This document shows, one piece after another, positions 40,667-51,828 of a DNA stretch of 55,158 nt. Source of the DNA: Atribacterota bacterium (GTDB lineage Bacteria > Atribacterota > Phoenicimicrobiia > Phoenicimicrobiales > Stramentimicrobiaceae); NCBI GenBank assembly GCA_028696495.1, contig JAQVGY010000002.1:1-55158 (forward strand). The letters are read 5' to 3'. Below the pieces are notes generated by a model. That model was not told the origin of the DNA. It ran no database searches and saw only the letters and a list, made by a program, of their open reading frames with translations. The translations under genes and the position numbers were made by a program. Numbering within the stretch: position 1 is the stretch's first letter; the number at the start of each line of letters is the position of its first letter.

Positions 40667-41743
40667 ATGTTAAATTTAGTTGATATAAAGAGAAGAAAAA
40701 GTAAAACTGCAAAGATAGGCACCTTGCTTATTGGCAGCGAACACCCAATCTCCGTTCAATCGATGACCAGCTGTGATGTTAAAGATATTAAATCTACCAT
40801 GGAACAGATTAGCAAATTAGAAGCAGCAGGGTGTGATTTAATCAGGATTGCTTTTCCTGATATCCAATCATGCCAGTTAATACCAATAATTAAAAGTAAA
40901 ACGAAAACACCAATTATGGCTGATGTACATTTTAATTATTTAATTGCGTTAGAAGCAATGAGGTATAATATTGATGGTATTCGGCTTAATCCTGGCAATA
41001 TTAAGAAAGAAAAACAAATCATTCAGGTTGTTGAAGAAGCACAAAAAAAGAAGGTTATGATTCGCTTTGGCATCAATGCCGGCTCTTTAAATAAAAATAT
41101 TATAGAAAAGTATAAAGAACCAAACTATTTAGCTTTAGTAGAAGAGACTGAGCAATTATTAGAATTCTTAAAAAATATAGAATATCAAAATATAGTTATT
41201 TCGATTAAATCGAGTAATGTTTTAGATACCATAAAAGCTAATAAGATTATTGCTCAAAAATGTGATTATCCTCTACATATTGGTATTACAGAAGCGGGGT
41301 TTGATCAACCAGGAATAGTTAAAACAGCAGCAGGAATAAGTATTCTATTATATGAAGGGATCGGGGATACCATCAGAGTATCTTTGACAGGTGACCCTGT
41401 AAACGAAGTTCTTGTAGCTCATGATATCCTAAGAACATTAAATATTAGAAAAATAGGTCTTAACTTAATAACATGTCCTACCTGTGGAAGATGCCAGGTT
41501 GACATATACAAGATTGCTAAAAAGATAGAAACAAGTCTGCATGATATAAAAACTCCCATTACAGTTGCTATTATGGGATGTATCGTTAATGGACCTGGCG
41601 AAGCAAAATTTGCCGATGCTGGAATTGCTTTTAGTAAAAAAGAAGCGATGCTCTACAGAAAAGGTGAATTAATTGGGCGGTATAATACAAAAGAGGCTAT
41701 AGTAATGTTACAAAAAGAAATAAAACTTATATCCGGACAGTAA
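40667..41743 (+). CDS. ispG: 4-hydroxy-3-methylbut-2-en-1-yl diphosphate synthase
   Basis: PISVQSMT, RLNPGNI, GINAGSL and the Fe-S cysteines in ITCPTCGRC and MGCIVNGPGEA. Confidence 0.95.
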   Translation: MLNLVDIKRRKSKTAKIGTLLIGSEHPISVQSMTSCDVKDIKSTMEQISKLEAAGCDLIRIAFPDIQSCQLIPIIKSKTKTPIMADVHFNYLIALEAMRYNIDGIRLNPGNIKKEKQIIQVVEEAQKKKVMIRFGINAGSLNKNIIEKYKEPNYLALVEETEQLLEFLKNIEYQNIVISIKSSNVLDTIKANKIIAQKCDYPLHIGITEAGFDQPGIVKTAAGISILLYEGIGDTIRVSLTGDPVNEVLVAHDILRTLNIRKIGLNLITCPTCGRCQVDIYKIAKKIETSLHDIKTPITVAIMGCIVNGPGEAKFADAGIAFSKKEAMLYRKGELIGRYNTKEAIVMLQKEIKLISGQ

Positions 41744-41829
41744 GGCTAAATTTTCCGATTTTTTATACCAGAATCTTTCCAAAAAAATAATATTATATTG
41801 AAAATAAAACAGTTTAAATGAGGAAATAG

Positions 41830-42456
41830 ATGAAAATTTCTGTTATTATACCGGCTTATAATGAAGAGGCAACAATCGCCGACATAATTAAAACTGTTAA
41901 AAAGGTATCAAAACTCGATTCAATCATAGTAGTAAGTGATGGCTCAACCGACCGAACAGTTGAAATTGCCAGATCCCTTGGGGTCAATGTCTGTGAAATG
42001 GAAAGAAACATCGGGAAAGGTGCGGCAATAATGAAGGGTTTTGAAAAAACAGATTCCGAAATATTATTATTCTTAGATGCTGATTTAGTTGGCCTCAAAA
42101 CAAAGCATATCAACGCCCTGGTTAACCCTATTATAAAAAATTTAAGTGATATGACTATCGGTATTTTTAGCAAAGGGAGATTAATAACAGACTTGCCCCA
42201 ATTAATTATGCCTTATCTTTCAGGTCAAAGAGCCATGAAAAGAGAGATAATAAATCTTATTCAGGATATGGATCTGCTAAACTATGGTTTAGAAATTGCT
42301 ATTACTAAAACAGTCAAAAAACACGACTATAGAGTTACCAAGGTAAAATTAATCAACCTAACACAGGTTATAAAAGAAGAAAAATACGGTATTGTTAAAG
42401 GAACCAAAAAAAGATTACAGATGTATCTGGATATAGTAAAACAACTAAAAAATTGA
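41830..42456 (+). CDS. small soluble family-2 glycosyltransferase, acceptor unknown
   Basis: GT-A fold motifs ISVIIPAYNEE, VVSDGSTDRT and the DxD-like LFLDADL. 208 aa with no hydrophobic segment. Confidence 0.7.
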   Translation: MKISVIIPAYNEEATIADIIKTVKKVSKLDSIIVVSDGSTDRTVEIARSLGVNVCEMERNIGKGAAIMKGFEKTDSEILLFLDADLVGLKTKHINALVNPIIKNLSDMTIGIFSKGRLITDLPQLIMPYLSGQRAMKREIINLIQDMDLLNYGLEIAITKTVKKHDYRVTKVKLINLTQVIKEEKYGIVKGTKKRLQMYLDIVKQLKN

Positions 42457-42501
42457 CCAGCCTGCTCTTATAGACAAACTTTAGATTTTTAAGTTAAAAA
42501 T

Positions 42502-42530
42502 TTGACTTAAAAAAAAATATATGGTAAATT
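42502..42530 (+). promoter_or_regulatory. putative sigma-70 promoter of the V-type ATPase operon
   Basis: TTGACT (42502-42507), 17-nt spacer, TAAATT (42525-42530). The -10 lies inside the perfect inverted repeat ATGGTAA-N5-TTACCAT (42521-42539). Confidence 0.5.
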
Positions 42531-42656
42531 TCTTACCATGTTAATCTTTATCAAAAACTTACTATGCCGTCATAGCAGACAAAGGCTGTCTCATTAATGC
42601 TTTTTTTATCTATTTTACAATAAGAAAATAAAATTTTACTTCTGGAGTAGTAGACC

Positions 42657-42968
42657 ATGTTGAAGAAAATAGTAACAGAACTAACAAATGTAGAAAATGA
42701 AGCTATAAAAATAATGGAAGATGCTCAAAAAGAAGCTCAGAAAATGATTGAAGAAGAAAAAAATAATCAAGAACAGATTAAGGAGAGTGTCATTTCTGAT
42801 TTTAATAAAAAAGGGCAGGACGTGGTTAAGAAGAGAGTAGATGAAGCCCATAAAAAAGCTAAAGAAATATATTGTGCTACCAAAGAAGAAAAAGGGGAAA
42901 TAGTAAAAAATATAAAGGATAAATTTGATCAGGCCGTAGAAATGGTCTTAGACCAAATAGTGAAATAG
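42657..42968 (+). CDS. V-type ATPase small peripheral-stalk subunit (G/H-like; position of E. hirae NtpF)
   Basis: 103-aa Lys/Glu-rich protein predicted to be one long helix. First gene of the operon, 2 nt before subunit I. Confidence 0.55.
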   Translation: MLKKIVTELTNVENEAIKIMEDAQKEAQKMIEEEKNNQEQIKESVISDFNKKGQDVVKKRVDEAHKKAKEIYCATKEEKGEIVKNIKDKFDQAVEMVLDQIVK

Positions 42969-42970
42969 GA

Positions 42971-44965
42971 ATGTCTATATCTCAAATAAGTAAATTCCAT
43001 ATTTTTGCTCATTTGTCAATAAAAGAGCCCTTGCTCGATAAATTGCAAAGATTAGGTTGTATGGAAATAACCCAGATTGAAAAAGAAAAAGAAATGGTAT
43101 TTCACAATTGGAGGAATATTGAAGAAGATATTAATAAGAATGGTACTGCCCTTAAATTGAACAATGTAAAGTTTTGTATTGACTTACTTTCTAATTATGG
43201 GAATGGTGAGAAAAAAGGATTAAATTCACTATTTACCTCAAAGAAAGTTTACCGGTATGCTGAATTATTAAAAATAGTGGAACAATTTGATTATGAAAAT
43301 ATATTTATTCAATGCAAATCTTTAGATAGCGAACTTAATCACCTTAAACTGGATGAGAATAGACTGATTACTGCTAAACAAGAGATACAGAAATGGCAAG
43401 AATTAGACCTTGATTTTAAAGAAATTGAACAACGAAAGTATATTGAATATACACTTGGAACTATAGCAAAAAAGAATTTTGACAATCTGGTACAAGATAT
43501 TGAGCATCAGGACAAAACAGCTGTCACTCAGATAATAAAAGAGGAAAAGAACAGATTATATATCGTATTCATTGTTTTAAAAGAAAATTTTTCAAAAATC
43601 GAACCTATCTTACAAAAACACCATTTTGAAATCTATAAATACAGTTATCCTTTCACCGGTACTCCCGAACAAATTCTCAAAACAATTTCTGAACAGTTGA
43701 ATATAGTTGCTAAAAAAAGATTTGAGATTGAAAAACTCTTAACTAAATTACACCGGGACAATCAGCTTATTTATCCTTTACATGATATTCTCTCTATTGA
43801 ACAGGAAAAAGAGGAAGCCAAGAAATTATTAAAAAAGAGTAAAGAGATTATTGCCATAAAGGGTTGGATACAGGATAAAGACATTTTAAAATTGCAGAAA
43901 AAATTAAAAGAACATTTCAAAGCCTATGAAATTGAATTTTCTAAGCCTGAAAAGGGTGAACCGGTACCAATTGCTCTAACCAATCATAACTTGATAAAAC
44001 CTTTTGAAATAATAGCAGAACTTTATAGTCTACCAGATTATCATGAAATAGACCCAACCCCAATTCTATCCGTTTTTTATTTTATTTTTTTTGGACTTTG
44101 TCTTTCCGACGTGGGATATGGAGCCTCTATGGCATTGCTCAGCTATTTCGCCATAAAAAAACTAAAATTAGAGAAGGGAGCAATAAAATTTTTTAAATTG
44201 CTTTACTATTGTGGTATATCAGGAATATTGGGAGGAATACTGGTAGGAAGCTGGTTTGGCGATATTTTAAATTATTTACCACCACAATTAGGTAATATAA
44301 GAGAGTTTTTAGTTCAAAGGCTCGCCTTATTTCAACCCACAGATAATCCTCTTCCCTTATTGATATTGAGTCTTGCCCTGGGAGTGACTCAGGTCTTTAC
44401 AGGAATAATTTTAAAATTTATAGATAATATTAGAAACGATAAGTTATACGATGGACTTATGGATCAGGTATCCTGGTTGTTATTCTTAACCGGCATAATC
44501 CTATTCATGACAAAAGGAATGATGCCTCTCTTTATGGGAAATATTTCCTTGATAATTACCGTAATTGGTGCCTTATCAATTATTTTAACACAGGGCAGAG
44601 CTAAAAATAATATCTTATTAAAACTTGGCAGTGGCATCCTTGCTCTGTATGATGTCACTGGTTATTTGAGCGATGTCCTTTCTTACTCTCGATTATTTGC
44701 TTTAGGATTAGCTACCGGAATTATTGCTCAAATGTTTAATATGCTTGCTACTATGGTTAATATCCCTTATATTGGTTTTTTGCTGGCTATAATTGTGCTA
44801 ATAGTCGGCCACACATTCAACCTATTAATAAGCGGATTAAGTGCCTTTATTCATGATGCAAGATTGCAATATGTTGAATTCTTCACAAAATTCTATCAAG
44901 CGGGAGGGATTCCTTTCAGGCCTTTCTCTCTTAAAACTAAATATATTCATGTTGAAGATACTTAA
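42971..44965 (+). CDS. atpI: V-type ATP synthase subunit I (a-subunit)
   Basis: 664 aa. N-terminal half is a soluble coiled coil. C-terminal half is polytopic, with SYSRLFALGLATGIIA carrying the conserved Arg. Confidence 0.9.
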   Translation: MSISQISKFHIFAHLSIKEPLLDKLQRLGCMEITQIEKEKEMVFHNWRNIEEDINKNGTALKLNNVKFCIDLLSNYGNGEKKGLNSLFTSKKVYRYAELLKIVEQFDYENIFIQCKSLDSELNHLKLDENRLITAKQEIQKWQELDLDFKEIEQRKYIEYTLGTIAKKNFDNLVQDIEHQDKTAVTQIIKEEKNRLYIVFIVLKENFSKIEPILQKHHFEIYKYSYPFTGTPEQILKTISEQLNIVAKKRFEIEKLLTKLHRDNQLIYPLHDILSIEQEKEEAKKLLKKSKEIIAIKGWIQDKDILKLQKKLKEHFKAYEIEFSKPEKGEPVPIALTNHNLIKPFEIIAELYSLPDYHEIDPTPILSVFYFIFFGLCLSDVGYGASMALLSYFAIKKLKLEKGAIKFFKLLYYCGISGILGGILVGSWFGDILNYLPPQLGNIREFLVQRLALFQPTDNPLPLLILSLALGVTQVFTGIILKFIDNIRNDKLYDGLMDQVSWLLFLTGIILFMTKGMMPLFMGNISLIITVIGALSIILTQGRAKNNILLKLGSGILALYDVTGYLSDVLSYSRLFALGLATGIIAQMFNMLATMVNIPYIGFLLAIIVLIVGHTFNLLISGLSAFIHDARLQYVEFFTKFYQAGGIPFRPFSLKTKYIHVEDT

Positions 44966-45023
44966 AATAGAATACTCTCGTTTTAAAGAAAAATAATAAA
45001 TATAAATAATATGTAACTTTTAA

Positions 45024-45512
<489 letters not shown>

Positions 45513-45534
45513 TATCTGAGGAGATTTTTTTCTT

Positions 45535-46143
45535 ATGTCAATGAAAGAGATTAAAGAGAAGATACTGCAAGATGCTCTTGATGAAAAAGAAAAGATACTA
45601 AAAGAAGCTGAAACAAAAATTATAAATTTAAAAAGCAAGTTTGGAAAAGAAATTGAATCTATACAGAGAGAAATCCTGGATAGATACAATCAAGAAGCTG
45701 GGCTAAAAGAAAAAAAAATAATTACAGAGGCTATCTTAAACTCAAAAAAGGATATCCTGTCTGAAAAACAGGCAATTATCGCTAATATTTTTTCAGAAGT
45801 TTTGGATAGAATAGTTGGATTGGAAGATGAAAGATACCTATCTTTGCTGGAAAAACTTATTCTGGATAATATCGAGACAGGGGATGAGATTGTATACATT
45901 GGGAGTCAAGAACGTCAAGCAATAAATCAAAAATTTATCAACACCATCAATGTAAAATTAAAATCACAGGGGAAAAAAGGTAATTTAGAACTCTCTGAAA
46001 AACGTGTTCCTATTATGGGAGGGGTAATCCTTGGTACCGGGGAGATCAGAAAAAATGCTTCCTTAGAAGTCATCCTGGAAAAGATAAAGGATGAAATAGA
46101 AACAGAGTTGAACCAGTTTCTGTTTATCAAGAATGCGGGTTAG
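45535..46143 (+). CDS. atpE: V-type ATP synthase subunit E
   Basis: 202 aa with an N-terminal long charged helix (KEIKEKILQDALDEKEKILKEAETKI) and a C-terminal globular part. Operon position after K. Confidence 0.8.
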   Translation: MSMKEIKEKILQDALDEKEKILKEAETKIINLKSKFGKEIESIQREILDRYNQEAGLKEKKIITEAILNSKKDILSEKQAIIANIFSEVLDRIVGLEDERYLSLLEKLILDNIETGDEIVYIGSQERQAINQKFINTINVKLKSQGKKGNLELSEKRVPIMGGVILGTGEIRKNASLEVILEKIKDEIETELNQFLFIKNAG

Positions 46144-46148
46144 TCAAA

Positions 46149-47177
46149 ATGCTCAAATATATCAATGATACTACTAATTCTCAGGAAGAATACGGTTATG
46201 CCTGTGCACGAATCAGGGAATTGGAAAAAGGTCTGTTAAACAAAGATATTATAAAAAAAATGATTGATTCACCTGATTTAGGAAGTTCTCTCAAAGTACT
46301 GGTCGAAAATAACCTGTGCGAATATACCTTTGAAAACACTGAGACTCATTCAATCAATTTAGTATTGGATAATATTTTAAAAAGAACCATAGACATTGTT
46401 AACGAAATTTCACCATACCCTTACTTATTTCATCTGTTTAAGTGGAAATATGATTTTCATAACCTAAAAGTACTTTTAAAAGCAAAAGTATTAAATAAGA
46501 GAGGACTTTATCCTTTATACAGTATTGGCAATATAAGTTCAAATGGATTATCCTCCGCTGTTTTTGAAGGGAAGTATCAGTTAATACCGGTCAAATTTGA
46601 GAGGATTCTCAAACAAGCAGAAACTGAATATTTAAAATCAGAAAGCCTGCAATTAATGGAAATAATATTAGATCAGGGTTATTATGAGATTATTTTTGAA
46701 CAATTAGAAGAAATAAATCAAGTCTTTTTATTTTATTTTTATAAGACCGAATTGGATCTATTAAATTTTAACATTGCTTGCCGTTGCAAAATCAGAGATA
46801 TCAAAAAATCAAAATTAGCTGAAATATTAATAAATTATGGGCATCTTTCAATGCAAAAAGTCATAGACATTTATGATAATTCTATCCCCTCCTGGCCAAA
46901 TAACTTTCAAAAAACAGAATACTTTTCAATATTTGAAGAAGGAATTCGATATTGGGTGCAAGAAAAATCTTTATTAAAACTTGAACAGTTAAGTGATGAT
47001 TTTCTTTTAAATTTACTGAAGATTGGAAAATACACTACTTTTGGTCTGGAAAGCATTATAGCTTATTACTATGCCAAGGAGAATGATTTGAAGAATATAC
47101 GAATCATCAGCAATGGGAAAAGATATGGCTTTTCAGATAACATAATTCAAAAATATATTAGGGATACTTATGTCTAA
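46149..47177 (+). CDS. atpC: V-type ATP synthase subunit C (eukaryotic d homologue)
   Basis: 342 aa. N-terminal YGYACARIRELEKGLL is typical of bacterial/archaeal subunit C. Operon position between E and F. Confidence 0.8.
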   Translation: MLKYINDTTNSQEEYGYACARIRELEKGLLNKDIIKKMIDSPDLGSSLKVLVENNLCEYTFENTETHSINLVLDNILKRTIDIVNEISPYPYLFHLFKWKYDFHNLKVLLKAKVLNKRGLYPLYSIGNISSNGLSSAVFEGKYQLIPVKFERILKQAETEYLKSESLQLMEIILDQGYYEIIFEQLEEINQVFLFYFYKTELDLLNFNIACRCKIRDIKKSKLAEILINYGHLSMQKVIDIYDNSIPSWPNNFQKTEYFSIFEEGIRYWVQEKSLLKLEQLSDDFLLNLLKIGKYTTFGLESIIAYYYAKENDLKNIRIISNGKRYGFSDNIIQKYIRDTYV

Positions 47178-47496
47178 CATTGCAATTATTGGAGAAAAAG
47201 AGATTGTTATTGGTTTTAGTCTTATTGGATTTCAGCTATTTCCGGTGACTGATTCCGTTGAAGCTAAAGATGCTTTGGAAAAATGCACTACCGATGGTAA
47301 CTGCCAAATAATTTTCATTACTGATAATATTGCTCAATTAGTAATAGATGAGATTGAACAATATCAAAGAATATCCCCAATTTCAATTTGTATCCTACCC
47401 AATCGTATACAGGATTCTAAACTAAGTATAGAAATGTTGAGAAAAAATGTAGAAAAAGCTGTGGGTACAGACATATTGTTTAGAAAAGAGGAATAA
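47170..47496 (+). CDS. atpF: V-type ATP synthase subunit F
   Basis: 108 aa, [27 protein letters not shown]. Overlaps subunit C by 8 nt. Confidence 0.85.
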   Translation: MSNIAIIGEKEIVIGFSLIGFQLFPVTDSVEAKDALEKCTTDGNCQIIFITDNIAQLVIDEIEQYQRISPISICILPNRIQDSKLSIEMLRKNVEKAVGTDILFRKEE

Positions 47497-47498
47497 GA

Positions 47499-49283
47499 AT
47501 GCAAGAAAATACAGGCAAAATTGTTAAAGTGTCCGGACCGGTTGTAATTGCTGAAAATCTTCTGGGAGCAAAGATGTATGATGTGGTAAGAGTAAGCGAA
47601 AACAGACTTGTGGGTGAAATAATTGAATTAGACCGAGATAGGGCGACTATTCAGGTATATGAAGAAACATCTGGTATCGGGCCAGGGGAACCTGTTTATA
47701 CTACAGGCTTACCTTTAAGTGTAGAGTTGGGTCCTGGTCTGGTGAGGTCTATCTATGATGGAATTCAAAGACCACTCGATGTAATATTTCAAGATGAAGG
47801 TGCCTTTATTTCCAGAGGGGTAGAAGCTAACAGTCTGAATAGAACCACAAAATGGGATTTTAAACCACTAAGAAAGGCCGGAGAGCAAGTAATTCCAGGA
47901 GATCATTTAGGAGTTGTTCAGGAAACTTCTATAGTGTCACACTATATAATGGTTCCCATTGGAATGGCTGGGGTAATTGAAAGTATCGTGGAAGGAAGTT
48001 TTACCGTAAATGAAACTATTGCCAGGATTAAAGATAAAAATGGGGTAGTTCATGAAATTCAGATGATGCAAAAATGGCCAGTAAGGAAAATACGCCCATA
48101 CAAAGAAAAATTACCACCTGTAGAACCATTAATAACCGGTCAAAGAGTTATTGATACCTTCTTTACTATTGCCAAAGGCGGTACTGCCTGTATTCCTGGT
48201 CCTTTTGGCAGCGGGAAAACTGTTGTTCAACACCAGCTCTCTAAATGGTGTAATGCGGAAATAATAGTTTTTATTGGCTGTGGGGAAAGAGGAAACGAAA
48301 TGACCGATGTTTTGCTCGAATTTCCTGAACTAATTGACCCTAACACGGGAAAACCATTAATGGAAAGAACGGTTTTGATTGCCAATACTTCAAATATGCC
48401 AGTTGCCGCAAGAGAGGCATCAGTTTACACAGGTATTACCATTGCAGAATATTATCGAGATATGGGATATAATGTTGCTTTAATGGCTGACTCAACATCA
48501 AGATGGGCTGAAGCAATGCGGGAGATTTCCAGTAGATTAGAGGAAATGCCCGGGGAAGAAGGGTACCCCGCTTATTTAGGAACAAGGATCGCCAGCTTCT
48601 ATGAGAGGTCGGGTCGGGTAAAGGTTTTGTCCTCACAAGAACAAGAAGCAACAGTCAGTGTCATTGGTGCCGTTTCCCCTCCAGGGGGAGATTTGTCAGA
48701 ACCGGTTACTCAGAATACCCTTAGAACAGTACAGGTATACTGGAGTTTACAGGATAAATTAGCCTACGCAAGACATTTTCCGGCAATTGATTGGCTAAAG
48801 AGTTATTCCCTCTACCGCGATCAGCTGACTGATTATTTTCAAGAAGAAATCAATAAAGATTTTATTAATTCCACTACAGCAGCAATGGGTATACTCCAGG
48901 AAGAATCAGAGTTAGAAGAGACTGTTCGTTTGGTAGGAATTGAAGCTCTTTCAAAAAGAGAACGTCTAACCCTGGATACTGCACGTTCTATTAGAGAAGA
49001 TTTTTTACACCAAAATGCCTTTGATGAGATTGATACCTACACATCTATGAAAAAGCAACACCTGATGTTAGATTTAATTCTCTTTTTTCATAAACTGGCA
49101 CAATCGGCTATTCAAGAAGAATATATTACCAATGAACAACTGACTAAATTATCAGTTAAAAATCTGATAGCACGGGCTAAATTTATACCCGAAGAAAAAT
49201 TAGATGAGTTCAAAATAATCAAAGAACAGATTAAAGAACAAATTGGCTCCCTCATAGCAAAAAAGCTTGGAAAGGATGAGTAA
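47499..49283 (+). CDS. atpA: V-type ATP synthase catalytic subunit A
   Basis: G(K)[10 protein letters not shown]-terminus, the non-homologous insert region, Walker [28 protein letters not shown]-like [16 protein letters not shown] and GDLSEPVT. Confidence 0.97.
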   Translation: MQENTGKIVKVSGPVVIAENLLGAKMYDVVRVSENRLVGEIIELDRDRATIQVYEETSGIGPGEPVYTTGLPLSVELGPGLVRSIYDGIQRPLDVIFQDEGAFISRGVEANSLNRTTKWDFKPLRKAGEQVIPGDHLGVVQETSIVSHYIMVPIGMAGVIESIVEGSFTVNETIARIKDKNGVVHEIQMMQKWPVRKIRPYKEKLPPVEPLITGQRVIDTFFTIAKGGTACIPGPFGSGKTVVQHQLSKWCNAEIIVFIGCGERGNEMTDVLLEFPELIDPNTGKPLMERTVLIANTSNMPVAAREASVYTGITIAEYYRDMGYNVALMADSTSRWAEAMREISSRLEEMPGEEGYPAYLGTRIASFYERSGRVKVLSSQEQEATVSVIGAVSPPGGDLSEPVTQNTLRTVQVYWSLQDKLAYARHFPAIDWLKSYSLYRDQLTDYFQEEINKDFINSTTAAMGILQEESELEETVRLVGIEALSKRERLTLDTARSIREDFLHQNAFDEIDTYTSMKKQHLMLDLILFFHKLAQSAIQEEYITNEQLTKLSVKNLIARAKFIPEEKLDEFKIIKEQIKEQIGSLIAKKLGKDE

Positions 49284-49285
49284 GC

Positions 49286-50704
49286 ATGATTAAAGAATAC
49301 TCTACCATTACTGAAGTCAATGGTCCCCTGATAGTTGTTAACAAGATCACTAACGTAAAATATGATGAACTGGTAGAAATAGAATTATCAGATGGAGAAA
49401 GAAGGAGAGGGCAGGTTTTAGAAGTTTCTGAAGACAGGGCAATTGTCCAGATGTTTGAAGGAACTTCAGGGATTGATATATCCAATACCAAGGTCCGATT
49501 TTTAGGAAAAGTTATCGAAATACCCGTATCTTTAGATATGCTGGGAAGAATCTTTGATGGTTCTGGTAGACCGATTGACCAGGGACCAAAAATAATTGCA
49601 GAAAAGAGATTAGATATTAACGGCAACCCATTAAATCCATATGCCCGGGATTACCCTAATGATTTTATACAAACAGGGATATCTTCTATAGATGTCTTGA
49701 ATACTTTAGTCAGGGGTCAAAAACTTCCTATTTTCTCTGGTGCAGGATTGCCACACTCCAAAGTTGCTTCCCAAATTGCCCGACAAGCCAGGGTATTGGG
49801 GAAAGAAGAAAGTTTTTCAGTAGTATTTGCAGCAATGGGTATTACTTTCGAAGAAGCTAACTTTTTTATTAATGATTTTAGAAGAACAGGTGCTATAGAG
49901 AAGAGCGTTATGTATATTAATCTGGCTAATGACCCTGCCGTAGAAAGAATTATCACCCCTAGAATGGCTCTCACCACAGCAGAATATTTAGCTTTTGAAA
50001 GAGATATGCATATACTGGTAATTTTAACTGATATGACCAATTATTGTGAAGCCTTAAGAGAAGTTTCTGCTGCGCGTAAAGAAGTACCGGGAAGAAGAGG
50101 ATATCCGGGCTATTTATACACTGACCTTGCCACTCTTTACGAAAGAGCCGGCAGAATAAAAGGGAAAAAGGGGTCGATCACTCTTATGCCCATTCTTAGT
50201 ATGCCGGAAGATGATAAAACACATCCTATTCCAGACCTGACTGGTTATATCACAGAAGGACAGATTATTCTGGCACGCGAATTACATCTAAAAGGAATAT
50301 ATCCCCCCATAAATGTTCTACCTTCATTATCACGTTTAAAAGACAAGGGGATTGGAGAAAATAAGACCAGAGAAGATCATGCCAATGTTATGAACCAGCT
50401 TTTTGCATCTTATGCACGGGGCAAAGAATCAAAAGAACTTGCAACCATACTGGGAGAGGCAGCATTAACTGAAGAAGATAAAAAATATGTTGAATTCTCT
50501 GATAAGTTTGAAGAGGTGTTTGTCCAACAAGGTGAAGACGAAAATAGAGATATTGCGAGAAGTCTGACCATTGGTTGGCAAACACTAACCATATTATCTA
50601 TAAATGAGTTAAAGAGAATTAAAGATGAATACATAGAAAAGTATTTACCCAAATCAACAATACCACCAACTGCTAACGAAAATGAGATAAAAGAAAAAGA
50701 ATAA
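49286..50704 (+). CDS. atpB: V-type ATP synthase subunit B
   Basis: [15 protein letters not shown], degenerate P-loop [45 protein letters not shown] and [23 protein letters not shown]. Confidence 0.97.
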   Translation: MIKEYSTITEVNGPLIVVNKITNVKYDELVEIELSDGERRRGQVLEVSEDRAIVQMFEGTSGIDISNTKVRFLGKVIEIPVSLDMLGRIFDGSGRPIDQGPKIIAEKRLDINGNPLNPYARDYPNDFIQTGISSIDVLNTLVRGQKLPIFSGAGLPHSKVASQIARQARVLGKEESFSVVFAAMGITFEEANFFINDFRRTGAIEKSVMYINLANDPAVERIITPRMALTTAEYLAFERDMHILVILTDMTNYCEALREVSAARKEVPGRRGYPGYLYTDLATLYERAGRIKGKKGSITLMPILSMPEDDKTHPIPDLTGYITEGQIILARELHLKGIYPPINVLPSLSRLKDKGIGENKTREDHANVMNQLFASYARGKESKELATILGEAALTEEDKKYVEFSDKFEEVFVQQGEDENRDIARSLTIGWQTLTILSINELKRIKDEYIEKYLPKSTIPPTANENEIKEKE

Positions 50705-50771
50705 AATATAAATAAAGTTCAGGTAGATTTGAATATACTTCCTTACAATTTTCAACAAGGGGTCTTAAATT

Positions 50772-51392
50772 ATGATATTAACCGTTAACCCAAATCGTAT
50801 GGAATTATTGAAATTAAAACGTAGGTTGGAGCTGGCCATACGCGGTTATAAATTACTTAAAGATAAGCGTGATGCTCTTATTCAGATATTTGTAAAACTG
50901 GTTCAAGAAAACAAGGAAGCAAGGGAAACATTTGATAAGAAAATGAGGGAGTGCATGAATGAATTTCTTCTTGCTACATTATATATGGGAGAAAATGATC
51001 AAAATTCAATTTTTTTATTTCCCCAGCGGAAGACTACAGTCACGGCTGAATATCAAAACATAATGAGTGTCAAAGTACCAAGATTTAGGGTTAAAGAAGA
51101 AGGAAAACTATATACTTACGGTATGATTAAGGCGAGCCCTGAATTGGATAACTCCTTAAAAAAATATCATGAGATTGTACCCTTAATGGTAAAAATGGCA
51201 GAATTAGATAAAGCCATTATATTGCTAACAGAGGAAATTGAAAAGACCAGAAGAAGAGTTAATGCTTTAGAATATGTGATGATTCCCAACCTGAAAGATA
51301 CCATTAAATTTATCACTATGAAATTGGATGAAATGGCTAGGTCTGCTAACTCAGCAATTATGCGTATCAAAGAGATGATTCGAGGGGAATAA
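50772..51392 (+). CDS. atpD: V-type ATP synthase subunit D (central stalk)
   Basis: 206 aa with VNPNRMELLKLKRRLELAIRGYKLLKDKRDAL and C-terminal EIEKTRRRVNALEYVMIP. Confidence 0.92.
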   Translation: MILTVNPNRMELLKLKRRLELAIRGYKLLKDKRDALIQIFVKLVQENKEARETFDKKMRECMNEFLLATLYMGENDQNSIFLFPQRKTTVTAEYQNIMSVKVPRFRVKEEGKLYTYGMIKASPELDNSLKKYHEIVPLMVKMAELDKAIILLTEEIEKTRRRVNALEYVMIPNLKDTIKFITMKLDEMARSANSAIMRIKEMIRGE

Positions 51393-51627
51393 AAAAGGCT
51401 TCTTATTTAAAATATAAAATATTTTATTTTCCATATATATCATCTTCGGCTTCGGCTAAAATCAAAACAATAGCTTGATATACTACTAAAATAGGCAGCA
51501 ATTATCAGTATTAATTATCACTTCCTTCTTACTTCTTAGCAGAAATGTTATAAAAATCCAACAAATTTCCTGGAACTTTAATCTAAAATAATGATATTAT
51601 ATTAGTAATAGTAATAAGATTAAAAAA

Positions 51628-51704
51628 GTGCCCGTGGCTTAAACGGATAAAGCAACGGCCTCCGGAGCCGTAGATTGGAGGTTCAAATCCTCTCGGGCAC
51701 ACCA
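51628..51704 (+). tRNA. tRNA-Arg (anticodon CCG) with genomically encoded 3'-CCA
   Basis: Hand-folded cloverleaf. Acceptor stem GTGCCCG/CGGGCAC; D stem GCTT/AAGC. Anticodon stem ACGGC/GCCGT with loop CT-CCG-GA; 5-nt variable loop. T arm GGAGG-TTCAAAT-CCTCT, then discriminator A and CCA. Confidence 0.9.
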
Positions 51705-51828
51705 TCCTTAGTTTATATTTGGTTAATATAATTTAAATACTTTTTTTTAAGGATAATTGCAGCCAAAATAAATTTATATATATATGTACACATTAAAAAT
51801 AGTTAAATAAATATGATTAGAAAAAAGT

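Noticed and set aside
42538-42597. A 19-codon upstream ORF (MLIFIKNLLCRHSRQRLSH) in the V-ATPase leader, and similar mini-ORFs in the rpsB, frr-uppS and rpmB-rsmD spacers.
   Set aside because: None has a Shine-Dalgarno sequence, and such short ORFs are expected by chance. Nothing supports leader-peptide attenuation.
51444-51455. The tandem CTTCGG-CTTCGG downstream of atpD.
   Set aside because: It is only two copies of a hexamer and forms no stable stem, so it is most likely chance.
51393-51828. tRNA-Arg(CCG), with 235-bp and 124-bp AT-rich flanks, as a possible genomic-island integration site.
   Set aside because: There is no integrase nearby, I found no duplicated copy of the tRNA 3' end downstream, and plsC follows immediately. 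The ATCCTTA...TAAGGAT and TTATAT...ATATAA inverted repeats after the tRNA are AT-rich and weak.
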